A DNA stretch of 64,000 bases from an uncultured Planctomycetales bacterium (GTDB lineage Bacteria > Omnitrophota > Gorgyraeia > Zapsychrales > JANLHA01), in the NCBI GenBank assembly GCA_964474085.1, contig CAYYRJ010000001.1:27631-91630 (forward strand), in the 5' to 3' direction. The notes below the pieces were generated by a model, which saw nothing but the letters and a program-made list of their open reading frames with translations, did no database searches and was not told the origin of the DNA. Below are positions 1-9,520 of the stretch, one piece after another. The position numbers and the translations under genes are program-made. How positions within the stretch are numbered: the stretch's first letter is position 1; every line of letters starts with the position of its first letter.

Positions 1-70
1 ATTTAAGTTTGAAGACGACGGGACGAGGGTGACATATTACGACCAGAAACCGTTTTAGATTCTTAAAGAC

Positions 71-1165
71 ATGAAAAAAGTTTTAGTCACAGGGGCTTTG
101 GGGTATTTGGGAAGTGTGTTATGCCAAAATTTAAAGGATTTAGGCTATCACGTTATTGGGCTGGATACGGGATTTTTTAAAGACTCCTGTCTTGGCACAC
201 CGCGTGATCCTCAAGTCATTTTGGCGGATATGCGCGCATTTGATCCGCAGTATTTAGATGGGATCGATGCGGTCATTCATCTAGCGGCAGTTTCTAATGA
301 CCCTTTCGGAAAAATTTCCGTCGATAAAATTTACGATCCGACACGGTGCTATGCGATAACGCTCGCGAGATTATGCAAACAGCGGGGGATCCGATTTATT
401 TTTCCATCGAGCTGTTCGGTTTATGGGCAGGCAAAACTTGGCGTTTTATCTGAAACTTCCCAAGTTAACCCTCAGACGCCGTATTCTCTAAATAAATTAC
501 AAATTGAAAGTGACCTGTTGGAGTTATCGTGTGGGGATTTTTTGCCGATTATTTTACGCTTTGCAACAGTTTATGGACCTTCAGCGCGCATCCGTTTTGA
601 TCTTGTCGTTAATATGTTGACGGCCATGGCTTTTACCCAAAAAGAAATCGTGCTTAACTCTGACGGGAAAGCATGGCGGCCGCATGTGCATATTGAAGAT
701 GTCTGCCAAGCGTTTCGCTTGAGTTTAGAATTTAGCCCTCAGAACAAAGACCAAATGATCTTTAATGTCGGGGATGACCAAGAAAATTTTCAAATTATTA
801 GCGTTGCCCAAATGATCCAAAAAAAAGTCGCCGGCTCCTCGATCAGGTTTATGAATCAAATGTCGACGGAGCAAGAAAATTTGGAGCTCATAAAAGATCG
901 AAAAATCCACGACGGAGTTGATAAACGGACATATCAAGTCACATTTAAAAAAATTAATGAGATGATGGGTTTTAAGAGCCAATGGAGTTTAGAAAAAGGT
1001 ATCCAACAGCTTCTGGAGCATTTTGACCGTATGGGTTTAACCAAAGAGGAATTTTTAGATAAGAAGTATTATCGTCTGCAGCAGATTGAATATTTACACG
1101 AAAGCGGTTTGATTGATGACGATTTGTTTTGGACGACAAACACAGAGGGTATTTTGAATGCTTAA
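71..1165 (+). CDS. NAD-dependent epimerase/dehydratase family protein (extended SDR)
   Basis: N-terminal Rossmann motif VLVTGALGYLGS. Catalytic YxxxK-like region (YSLNK). 364 aa with a C-terminal extension. ATG at 71. Confidence 0.8.
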   Translation: MKKVLVTGALGYLGSVLCQNLKDLGYHVIGLDTGFFKDSCLGTPRDPQVILADMRAFDPQYLDGIDAVIHLAAVSNDPFGKISVDKIYDPTRCYAITLARLCKQRGIRFIFPSSCSVYGQAKLGVLSETSQVNPQTPYSLNKLQIESDLLELSCGDFLPIILRFATVYGPSARIRFDLVVNMLTAMAFTQKEIVLNSDGKAWRPHVHIEDVCQAFRLSLEFSPQNKDQMIFNVGDDQENFQIISVAQMIQKKVAGSSIRFMNQMSTEQENLELIKDRKIHDGVDKRTYQVTFKKINEMMGFKSQWSLEKGIQQLLEHFDRMGLTKEEFLDKKYYRLQQIEYLHESGLIDDDLFWTTNTEGILNA

Positions 1166-1682
1166 GCTTTTTTCAAAAAATCTGATGATCAGGCCTTTTG
1201 TGTCGACGGATATTACGCCCTCTTATATCGCTGCGTTAAATGATCCTAAGGTCGTGCAATTTACAGGCGCGCAATTTGTGAAATGGAATAAAAAAAATCT
1301 CGCGGCGTATGTGGCTTATGCCAATGAAAAAGGCAAGTCAGTGCTTTTAGGGATTTTTTTAAAATCCGACGAGCGGCATATCGGCAATATCCGACTGTTT
1401 AACTTTGATTTGAATCATCGGCGTGTTGAGCTAGGTATTATGATTTTTGATAAAGGTCAGTGGAAGAAAGGTTATGCGACAGAAGCGCTCAATTTGGTTT
1501 GCGATTTTGTTTTTGAAAAATTAAACCTGCATAGAATTTGCGCAGATTACTATTCGGTTAACAAAGCATCCGCACGGATGTTTCAAAAATCCGGCTTTAA
1601 AGTTGAAGGCAAATTTAAAGACCATTTTATCTTTAAGCACCGTTATGTTGATTCGATCCGTGTGGCGAAGATAAATCCATAA
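1158..1682 (+). CDS. GNAT family N-acetyltransferase (RimL/RimJ-like)
   Basis: 174 aa. GNAT-like core (RVELGIMIFDKGQWKKGYATEA). Overlaps the upstream stop by 8 bp. Confidence 0.7.
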   Translation: MLKLFSKNLMIRPFVSTDITPSYIAALNDPKVVQFTGAQFVKWNKKNLAAYVAYANEKGKSVLLGIFLKSDERHIGNIRLFNFDLNHRRVELGIMIFDKGQWKKGYATEALNLVCDFVFEKLNLHRICADYYSVNKASARMFQKSGFKVEGKFKDHFIFKHRYVDSIRVAKINP

Positions 1683-1697
1683 AGCTAAGGCTTGTCT

Positions 1698-2831
1698 ATG
1701 AAAACAATCGCTAGCGCTGGCCCTTCGATTAGCAAATTAGAGATAAAACTTGTTTATGAGGCGGTCAAAGAAGGTTGGTATGAAAAACGCAGCAAGCATC
1801 TTGACCAGTTTGTCGACGAATTTTCGGCGTACACGGGTTTGAAATATTGTTTGCCGACTTCTCATTGCACGGACGCGATTCATTTGGCTTTACTGTCATT
1901 GGGTATCGGGCCGGGCGATGAGGTTATCGTTCCAGATATCGCATGGGTGGCTGTGGCGGCACCAGTCGATTATGTGAAAGCTGTGCCTGTTTTTGCGGAC
2001 ATTGACCCTCAAAGCTGGTGTTTGTCCGCAGAATCCTTTCAACGGTCGATCACCCCAAGAACGAAAGCTGTTATCGTCGTGGATCTGTATGGCAATATGC
2101 CGGATATGGACGAGATTCTCTGCATTGCCAAGAAAAATAAAATTGTTGTGATCGAAGATGCCGCGGAAGCTATGGGCGCAACTTACAAAGGAAAAAAAGC
2201 CGGCACCTTTGGGCGGGTCAATGTTTTTAGTTTTAATGCGACCAAACTTTTGATGGCAGGGCAAGGGGGGATGTTTGCGACCAATAACAAAAAGCTCTAT
2301 GAACTGGCTAAGTCCTACGCTCATCATGGGATGGTCAAATATACTGATAAGACGACGTTTTGGTCGGTCAAAATCGGTTACAATTATCAGTGGACAAATA
2401 TCCAAGCGGCTCTCGCGTTGGCGCAATTGCGGCGGCTTAGTCAACTGGTCAAAGAGCGCAGGCAGATTTTTGAATGGTATCGAGAAGCCCTTGATGATGT
2501 CGACGGACTTACGCTTAATCCGCAAACAGAAAATATTTATAATACGTTTTGGGTCGTCACAGCGATTGTGGATTCTCAATACGGTTTGAACAAGGAAGGC
2601 TTGATGGCCGCGTTTAGAAAACAGGGCATTGATACGCGTCCTTTTTTTTATCCCATTAGCTCCATGCCAGCTTATAAGAAATATTCGCAAGGTCGTCGCT
2701 ACCGTCAAAATAACAAAAATGCATATCGTCTTTCATCATACGGCATCAGTTTTCCGTCGGCAGCAACTTTGACAAAAAAAGATGTCTTTTTTGTCTGTAA
2801 AATTTTCAAAGAAATTCTTCGGTCCAAATGA
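1698..2831 (+). CDS. DegT/DnrJ/EryC1/StrS family PLP-dependent sugar aminotransferase
   Basis: Typical fold-type I sugar aminotransferase layout and motifs (FSFNATKLL PLP-lysine region). ATG at 1698 with AAGG 7 nt upstream. The ORF track's first codon, 1692, is TTG. Confidence 0.85.
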   Translation: MKTIASAGPSISKLEIKLVYEAVKEGWYEKRSKHLDQFVDEFSAYTGLKYCLPTSHCTDAIHLALLSLGIGPGDEVIVPDIAWVAVAAPVDYVKAVPVFADIDPQSWCLSAESFQRSITPRTKAVIVVDLYGNMPDMDEILCIAKKNKIVVIEDAAEAMGATYKGKKAGTFGRVNVFSFNATKLLMAGQGGMFATNNKKLYELAKSYAHHGMVKYTDKTTFWSVKIGYNYQWTNIQAALALAQLRRLSQLVKERRQIFEWYREALDDVDGLTLNPQTENIYNTFWVVTAIVDSQYGLNKEGLMAAFRKQGIDTRPFFYPISSMPAYKKYSQGRRYRQNNKNAYRLSSYGISFPSAATLTKKDVFFVCKIFKEILRSK

Positions 2832-3847
2832 CGGGAATCTCTTTAAAAGACAAATTGACCATTGTCGTCCCGACGTATAATCGTTATGATTATCTTGTCA
2901 GATGGCTTAGTTATTATCAGTTAAAAAGGTTTCCCTGCGCGATTAAGATTTTAGATTCAAGCGCCGATAAGACATATTCGAAACAGTTAGAGCAATTGTT
3001 AACTGACCCAAACGTCAGTTGCCAAAAATTTGATAGCTCAACTTTTTTTGTTCACAAAATTGCGCAGGGGTTAAAAAGTGTAGAGACGCCCTTTAGTGTC
3101 TTGTGTGCCGACGATGATTTTTTGGTCCCTTCTGGGTTAGAGCAGTGTGTTGAATTTTTGTCAAATCATTCGGATTTTTTATCGTGTCAGGGGCGCTCGA
3201 TTTTGCATCAGCTCAAAGAGGACAAATTTTTGTGGATGCCCAATGGACTAAATGCGCTCTCGGTAGACCAACAGACCCCGGCTAAACGCTTTGATTTTTT
3301 CTTCCCCGATAATTATTGTGGGTATCCCTTGTATGCTGTACATCGGACGGATCTCCATAAAGAAATTTGGGGCGCGGCTGATCATTGCGTTTCTGATTGG
3401 GGGTTATCGGAAATATTCCCTTCATCTTTAAGCGTTATTTTAGGCAAAATGAAAATTTTGGATTGTTTTTACTCTTCGAGAGAAACAAACACTTATAATT
3501 GGGTGGATGCAAAGGCTCATCAGCGGATGTATTCAACAGAAAAAGTTGATCAAGTGGTGACAAGTTTGGCAAAACGCATGGATTCTAATTTGGTCCGAGA
3601 AAAATTTAATAGATATTTTGAATTTTGTGAAACAAAAATATCTGCAAATTCTGATAAAATTAAAAACAAAAGCTATTTAAGAAGATCATTGGGAACACTA
3701 AAAGAATGTGTAATCCGTTGCTTTTGGCTTGCCAAGATTAATAATCCGTTTGAGTTCTTTCAAGAACTAAAAGATCTAAAATGCTCGATTTCCAAGTTTA
3801 AGATTGACGAAGAAACGCAAAGAAATTTTCGGGAGTCGTATCGATGA
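2828..3847 (+). CDS. glycosyltransferase-like protein (PTYNR / CADDDF motifs, resembles the TIGR04440 family found with N-acetyl sugar amidotransferases)
   Basis: N-terminal IVVPTYNR and a later CADDDF acidic motif. 339 aa. Start overlaps the upstream stop (ATGA). Confidence 0.55.
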   Translation: MTGISLKDKLTIVVPTYNRYDYLVRWLSYYQLKRFPCAIKILDSSADKTYSKQLEQLLTDPNVSCQKFDSSTFFVHKIAQGLKSVETPFSVLCADDDFLVPSGLEQCVEFLSNHSDFLSCQGRSILHQLKEDKFLWMPNGLNALSVDQQTPAKRFDFFFPDNYCGYPLYAVHRTDLHKEIWGAADHCVSDWGLSEIFPSSLSVILGKMKILDCFYSSRETNTYNWVDAKAHQRMYSTEKVDQVVTSLAKRMDSNLVREKFNRYFEFCETKISANSDKIKNKSYLRRSLGTLKECVIRCFWLAKINNPFEFFQELKDLKCSISKFKIDEETQRNFRESYR

Positions 3848-4911
3848 GTCAAAGTAAGAATGTCACGATATGCATTCCGACGAAGAACCGTTGCGATTTT
3901 TTAAAAAGAGCGATTGCCTATTACGCAAAGATTGGTTTTCAGGGACATATTTTTGTGGCGGATGCCAGTGATCCTCAAAAATTTCTGGAGAATAAAGAAA
4001 ATATCAAGCTTTACCAAAACGATGTCCAAATCGGGCATTTTTCTTGTGCGGGCAAAAGTATTCTGGAATCTGTCGACTGTGTGAATCAATTTTTGCAAAC
4101 TCCTTATGCAGCCGTGTGCTCGGATGATGACTTTCTTTGTTTAAAAGGATTGGAAGATGCCGTAAATTTTATGGACGAGCATCCGGATTATTCGGCGTGT
4201 CATGGGGTGGGTGCTATTTTTGGGTTGGACTCCAGCGGCGCGCATGGAAAAATCTGCGAAATTTTGCCGTATCCTCAAGCGAGCATAACGCAAGATACAG
4301 GCACGCTTCGCTTGGAAGAATATTTTCGGCAAGGACCACTGGCTTTAGTTTATTCTGTTTGCCGAAGCTCGCTTTGGAAACAAATGTGGCGGCAGTATCC
4401 TGATGCGAAAAGTTGTTTTATTTTTGATGAGCTTATTCCGTCGAGCTTTTGTGCTATTGCAGGAAAAATCGGTGAAGTGGATTCATTATATCTTGTCCGG
4501 CAAATGCATGAGGGGATTTATTCGCAGCCTGCGTTTTTGCAATGGGTCATGCATCCATTGTGGCAGGGTAATTTTAAAGAATTGCGTGAAAGGGTTGTCG
4601 GTCAACTGATCGAGGTAGATCATATTTCTCATCAGCAAGCTGAACAGAATTTTGACAAAATTTTTCAGGATTATTTTATAAAATTGTTTAAAGTTTTTAT
4701 CGAAAAAGGGGAAAATACGAAGTCCCAAGGGAACACTTTGAAAGATGTCATTAAAAAATCGTCGCCATTGATGAGCAAATTTTATTTTTTACTTAAAAAG
4801 TATAGTTCTTTTTATTTTCGTCAGGAAATCGGGTTAAAAATGTTAAAAGCAGATTCAAAGTATTTTGACGATTTTGATCCCATAGTCAAAACTATCACGC
4901 AAACCAATTGA
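3844..4911 (+). CDS. glycosyltransferase-like protein, paralogue of the preceding gene
   Basis: ICIPTKNR and CSDDDF motifs at the same positions as in 2828-3847. ATGA overlap with the upstream gene. Confidence 0.55.
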   Translation: MSQSKNVTICIPTKNRCDFLKRAIAYYAKIGFQGHIFVADASDPQKFLENKENIKLYQNDVQIGHFSCAGKSILESVDCVNQFLQTPYAAVCSDDDFLCLKGLEDAVNFMDEHPDYSACHGVGAIFGLDSSGAHGKICEILPYPQASITQDTGTLRLEEYFRQGPLALVYSVCRSSLWKQMWRQYPDAKSCFIFDELIPSSFCAIAGKIGEVDSLYLVRQMHEGIYSQPAFLQWVMHPLWQGNFKELRERVVGQLIEVDHISHQQAEQNFDKIFQDYFIKLFKVFIEKGENTKSQGNTLKDVIKKSSPLMSKFYFLLKKYSSFYFRQEIGLKMLKADSKYFDDFDPIVKTITQTN

Positions 4912-4926
4912 AAATAGGACGAAATT

Positions 4927-5901
4927 GTGAAGAAAATTTTGATCACAGGCGCAGCAGGTTTTGTTGGGTCTCATTTGACGGAAGTTTTGGTAAAAAAGGG
5001 CCTCGATGTCAAAGCTTTGGTGCGCTACAATTCGCAAAATAAGTGGGGTTGGTTAGAGGAAACCCAAGTCAAAAAGGATATTGAAATTGTCAGCGGCGAT
5101 GTTCGCGATTACGATAGTGTGTCCAAGGCGCTTAAAGGATGCGAAGCGGTGTTTCATTTGGCTGCGCTCATTGGGATTCCGTATTCCTATATTTCGCCTT
5201 TAGCATATATCAAAACGAATGTTGAGGGGACGTATAATATTTTAGAAGCTGCCAGAGAACAAAAACTTCAACAGGTTCTGATTACCTCGACGAGTGAAAC
5301 GTATGGCAGCGCGCAATCGATTCCTATTAGTGAAGAACATCCATTAGTTGCTCAATCGCCTTATGCGGCCAGCAAAATCGCTGCTGATCAATTGGCTTTA
5401 AGCTACTATCGATCTTTTGGTTTGCCGGTTAAAGTCGTTCGGCCTTTTAACACGTTTGGCCCCCGGCAATCGGCGCGCGCGATTATTCCAACGATTATTA
5501 CTCAGATTTTATCCGGCCAACTAAAAATCCAATTGGGTAATCTTTCTCCGACGAGAGATTTTACGTTTGTGACTGACACGGCAGAGGCATTTTGGGCGAT
5601 TTATCAGTCGAAAAAAAGTATCGGGCAGGTCGTTAATATCGGGTCTGGCCAGGAGATTTCGATTGAAGCGTTAGCCAAACAGATCGCAGGACTGGCAAAT
5701 AAAAATATCGAAATTGTTCCACACAAAGAGAGAATACGAGTTAAAACCAGCGAAGTCGAGCGTTTATGCGCGGATAACACAAAATTAAAGAAAATGACAG
5801 CATGGAAACCGCAGTTTGATTTAAAGAGAGGACTTAAAGAAACAATCCGTTGGTTTGAAACCCGCATGAATTTATATAAACCCGAGGTTTACAATGTCTA
5901 A
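4927..5901 (+). CDS. NAD-dependent epimerase/dehydratase (UDP-sugar 4-epimerase / 4,6-dehydratase family)
   Basis: ILITGAAGFVGSHL Rossmann motif, and YAASK catalytic motif. GTG start at 4927. Confidence 0.8.
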   Translation: MKKILITGAAGFVGSHLTEVLVKKGLDVKALVRYNSQNKWGWLEETQVKKDIEIVSGDVRDYDSVSKALKGCEAVFHLAALIGIPYSYISPLAYIKTNVEGTYNILEAAREQKLQQVLITSTSETYGSAQSIPISEEHPLVAQSPYAASKIAADQLALSYYRSFGLPVKVVRPFNTFGPRQSARAIIPTIITQILSGQLKIQLGNLSPTRDFTFVTDTAEAFWAIYQSKKSIGQVVNIGSGQEISIEALAKQIAGLANKNIEIVPHKERIRVKTSEVERLCADNTKLKKMTAWKPQFDLKRGLKETIRWFETRMNLYKPEVYNV

Positions 5902-6874
5902 GCGGATTTTAATCGTCGGATGCGGGCAGATCGGTAGCCGTCATTTGCAGGCGGTCAGTGGCATGCAAGAAGTCGCCAGCATCGACGTTGTTGATTGCAA
6001 TGACAGTTCGCTTAAGTTAGGACAAAAACGCTTAAGCGAGGTTGTCGGTAAAAATCCGGCGATCACTTATCATTGGCTTGAAGGCTTGGAAAGTTCTTTA
6101 AAAGGCGCTGATCTTTGCATTGTGGCCACATCCGCTTTGGGACGCACAAAACTTGTTCGGGAAATTTTTGACCTGACGGGGATAAAACACTTTATTATTG
6201 AAAAATTAGCGGCACAGTCGACTGAAGAATATCAAGAGCTTTTGGATTTTTCCCGTCGGAATCATTTGAATATTTGGGTCAATTGTCCGACGAGATCCTA
6301 CGCTGTGCATCAATATATCAAATCCCAAATAGATCCGCGTGAGCCTCTTGTTTTTAGTCAAATTGGCGGCAACTTTGGCCTTGCTTGCAACGGTATTCAT
6401 TATGCGGATTTGTTTTTGTTTTATGATCAAACAAATGACATCCATTCTGTAAGTACCACAATAGACGCTGTCCTTCATCCGTCTAAGCGAGGCAAGGACT
6501 TTTTTGATTTAAGCGGCGTTTTGACAGGGTGTACGTCTAAGGGCAGTAAATTTATTCTTGCCTATGCTCCAGATCATACGATGGCTGATGTTGTAACGAT
6601 TTTTACTAAACGCGCAAGGTTTATGGTGGACATTATTAACGGCTGGGCGCAAGAAAGTATCGACGGTAAACCTTGGCAGAAAATTCCGATTGAGAGCAAA
6701 ATCAACGTGAGCGATACGACACAAATTTTTTGTGGGGATATCTTTCTTCATAATTCTTGTGCCTTACCGACTCTGCAGGAATGTTGGCCAGCGCACCGTT
6801 TTATTTTGACAGAAACATTGCCGCATTTTAACCGTTTATTAAAAACCCAGAATCAATTTTGTCCGGCGACGTAA
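5894..6874 (+). CDS. Gfo/Idh/MocA-like oxidoreductase
   Basis: N-terminal ILIVGCGQIGSRHL dinucleotide-binding motif. 326 aa. Confidence 0.55.
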   Translation: MSKRILIVGCGQIGSRHLQAVSGMQEVASIDVVDCNDSSLKLGQKRLSEVVGKNPAITYHWLEGLESSLKGADLCIVATSALGRTKLVREIFDLTGIKHFIIEKLAAQSTEEYQELLDFSRRNHLNIWVNCPTRSYAVHQYIKSQIDPREPLVFSQIGGNFGLACNGIHYADLFLFYDQTNDIHSVSTTIDAVLHPSKRGKDFFDLSGVLTGCTSKGSKFILAYAPDHTMADVVTIFTKRARFMVDIINGWAQESIDGKPWQKIPIESKINVSDTTQIFCGDIFLHNSCALPTLQECWPAHRFILTETLPHFNRLLKTQNQFCPAT

Positions 6875-6878
6875 AGCA

Positions 6879-7841
6879 ATGACTGCTAAGAAAATAAAGA
6901 TAGCTTTGGTGGGGGCAGGGTGGGTAGCCAGAGAGCATTTAAAAGTCCTTAAGTCATTGCCACAGGTCAGTGTTGTTGGTATCACATCGCGGACATTGGC
7001 AAAAGCCCAAAGCTTGGCCGACGAATTTGGTATTTGCGGTGTGTTTAAAGACCTTCCAACTTTGGTTCGAGAAAGTCAACCGGACGCATTGCTTATTTTA
7101 GTCAGCCAAGATCAAATGTTTGAAGTTGCAACTGCTGCAATGAAGTTTGGTTTACCGTTATTTATAGAAAAACCGGCTGGGTTAAACCCGCAACAAAATT
7201 TGAAGCTTGCCCGAGAGGCCAAAAGAAGAAAAGTCCGGACGATGGTTGGATTTAATCGGCGGTATTATTCGATTTTTCATAAAGGGTTTAAGATTATCCG
7301 TCAGCATGGGGAGCTTTTGGGCGTTTTTGTCGAAGGCCATGAACGGATGTGGCGCGTTCGAGATGCGAAAAAATTTTCTAAAAAAGTTTTGGACCAATGG
7401 ATTTATGCTAACAGCACACATACGATTGACCTGTTACGGTTTTTGGGTGGTCAGATAAAATCTGTTAAATCTATTTCGAAACGTTCTTTTGGCGAAGCCC
7501 GTGGCGATCAATTTGCGGCCCTCATTGAGTTTAAATCAGGTGCTTTAGGGCAGTATCAGGCATATTGGTACTCGCCCGGCGGATGGCGTGTGGTTTTGTA
7601 TGGCAACGGGGTTACGGTCGAATTTAAACCGTTAGAAAATGGCGTGTGGCTGGACAAAAATTTTGTACAGCATCCGATTAAACCCGACGCCGTTGACAAA
7701 AAATTTAAACAAGGTTTTTATCATCAGATGATAGCATTTTTGAAAATGGTCCGTGGCGAAAAATCAACGTGGCCTTCGACGGATTTGGAAGACAGTTATC
7801 AAACGATGCTTTTGGCCGAAAAAATCTCACAAGGCCGTTAA
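6879..7841 (+). CDS. Gfo/Idh/MocA family oxidoreductase
   Basis: IALVGAGWVAREHL N-terminal Rossmann motif, and EKP motif (LFIEKPAG). Confidence 0.75.
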   Translation: MTAKKIKIALVGAGWVAREHLKVLKSLPQVSVVGITSRTLAKAQSLADEFGICGVFKDLPTLVRESQPDALLILVSQDQMFEVATAAMKFGLPLFIEKPAGLNPQQNLKLAREAKRRKVRTMVGFNRRYYSIFHKGFKIIRQHGELLGVFVEGHERMWRVRDAKKFSKKVLDQWIYANSTHTIDLLRFLGGQIKSVKSISKRSFGEARGDQFAALIEFKSGALGQYQAYWYSPGGWRVVLYGNGVTVEFKPLENGVWLDKNFVQHPIKPDAVDKKFKQGFYHQMIAFLKMVRGEKSTWPSTDLEDSYQTMLLAEKISQGR

Positions 7842-7856
7842 AGGTAAAATAAACAC

Positions 7857-8507
7857 ATGTCCCAAAAGAAAATTTTGATAATCGGCGGCGGTGGTCATGC
7901 AAAATCTTTGATCAGCGTCATCAAGAAGTCCAAGATTTTTAAAATTATTGGTTATGTGGATATCCAAGACCATGGCCGGATTTTAGGAATTCCTTATTTG
8001 GGGACAGATCAAGACTTAAAAAGAATCGCAAAAAGATTTCGGTGCTTTTTGGCTGCTTTGGGTATCGGGACAACAGCGCTTTCTCATAAGCGTCGTCAAA
8101 TAGTTGAAGAATTGACCGCTTTGGGCTTTCAGTGGCCAGCGATTGTTTCTCCGACGGCGATTATCAATGAAGAAGTGGTTTTAGGGCAGGGGACTGTTGT
8201 TTTTGACGGTGCAATTATTAATGCGGGGACATCTGCAGGACAAGGGTGTATTTTTAATACGGGCTGTATTGTCGATCATGATTGTGCCATAGGCGACTTT
8301 GTGCATATTGCGCCCGGGGCAGTTTTAAGCGGTGGGGTTGTGGTTGGCGATAATTGTTTGCTGGGCACTGGTGTCAAGGTTATCCAATGCGTATCGATTG
8401 CCCGCGATTGTTTGATAGGTGCTGGCGCTGTCGTCGTCAAAGATATCAAAAAAGCTGGGACGTATGTTGGGGTTCCCGCTTGCCTCAAAAAGGATTGTCG
8501 TGCATGA
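7857..8507 (+). CDS. neuD: NeuD/PglD-family sugar O/N-acetyltransferase (left-handed beta-helix)
   Basis: N-terminal ILIIGGGGHAKSL Rossmann-like motif. C-terminal hexapeptide repeats. Confidence 0.8.
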   Translation: MSQKKILIIGGGGHAKSLISVIKKSKIFKIIGYVDIQDHGRILGIPYLGTDQDLKRIAKRFRCFLAALGIGTTALSHKRRQIVEELTALGFQWPAIVSPTAIINEEVVLGQGTVVFDGAIINAGTSAGQGCIFNTGCIVDHDCAIGDFVHIAPGAVLSGGVVVGDNCLLGTGVKVIQCVSIARDCLIGAGAVVVKDIKKAGTYVGVPACLKKDCRA

Positions 8508-9520
8508 AGCGGTTAAAGACTTTTATTATTGCCGAAGCCGGAGTCAATCATAATGGAAAACTTGCCTTAGCCAAACAGTTGATTAAGGCAGCCAAAAGCG
8601 CTGGTGCAGATGCGGTTAAGTTTCAAACTTTTAACGCAGAGCGTCTGGTGACGGCAACAGCCAGCAAAGCGACTTATCAGAAAAAACTGACTTTGCCCAG
8701 TGAAACACAGCTGGCGATGCTAAAAAAATTGGAACTTAGTCGGAGTGATCATAAACAGTTGCTTGCCTGCTGTCGGGAAAATAAAATTTTATTTTTATCA
8801 ACAGCGTTTGATGAGCAAAGCGCGGATTTATTAGATGCGCTGGGCATGAAGATTTTTAAAATTCCCTCGGGTGAAATAACAAATCTCGAATTTCTTAAAT
8901 ATATTGCTCAAAAGGGCAAGCCGATGATTTTGTCAACGGGGATGTCGACGTTAAAGGAAGTTGAGCTTGCGGTCAAAAGTATTTTTTCAGCAGGCAATAA
9001 GCGCCTGACCCTTTTGCATTGTGTCAGTGATTATCCGGCAGCCTTCGATCAGCTTAATTTAAAAGCAATCGAAACTTTGCAAAAAACTTTTCGTTTGCCG
9101 GTCGGGTTTTCGGACCATAGTCTGGGGATTTTAATGGCTCCTGTCGCAGTTGCGTTGGGGGCGGTGGTTATTGAAAAGCATTTGACGGTGGATCAGACTT
9201 TGCCCGGGCCGGATCATCAGGCTTCAGTAAAGCTGCAAGAATTTAAGATGATGGTCGAAAATATACGCCTGGTTGAAAGCGCATTAGGAAACGGGAACAA
9301 AGTACCGGCCTTGTGTGAAGATGATTGCCGAAAGATAGCCCGTAGAAGTTTGACCGCTGTTTGCGACATAGCCAAGGGAGAAAAATTGTTGAGTTCTGAT
9401 ATTGTTCTCAAGCGTCCGGGGACAGGAATTTTTCCAGCGGACTTAAAGAAAGTCGTCGGGCGGCAGGTTTTAAAAAACATCACAAAAGACGAGACATTGA
9501 CATGGGCCAAAATAAAATAA
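8504..9520 (+). CDS. neuB: nonulosonic acid synthase (NeuB/LegI/PseI family)
   Basis: FIIAEAGVNHNG...AKSAGADAVKFQTF N-terminus typical of NeuB-family aldolases. C-terminal SAF/antifreeze-like domain. Start at ATG 8504 overlapping the upstream stop (ATGA). The ORF track start, 8354, is upstream of the conserved N-terminus. Confidence 0.9.
   Translation: MKRLKTFIIAEAGVNHNGKLALAKQLIKAAKSAGADAVKFQTFNAERLVTATASKATYQKKLTLPSETQLAMLKKLELSRSDHKQLLACCRENKILFLSTAFDEQSADLLDALGMKIFKIPSGEITNLEFLKYIAQKGKPMILSTGMSTLKEVELAVKSIFSAGNKRLTLLHCVSDYPAAFDQLNLKAIETLQKTFRLPVGFSDHSLGILMAPVAVALGAVVIEKHLTVDQTLPGPDHQASVKLQEFKMMVENIRLVESALGNGNKVPALCEDDCRKIARRSLTAVCDIAKGEKLLSSDIVLKRPGTGIFPADLKKVVGRQVLKNITKDETLTWAKIK

Noticed and set aside
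1896-2708. 270-aa ORF on the minus strand inside the aminotransferase gene
   Set aside because: It is entirely antisense to a well-supported conserved CDS. It has no RBS and no recognisable protein features, so it is a typical shadow ORF.
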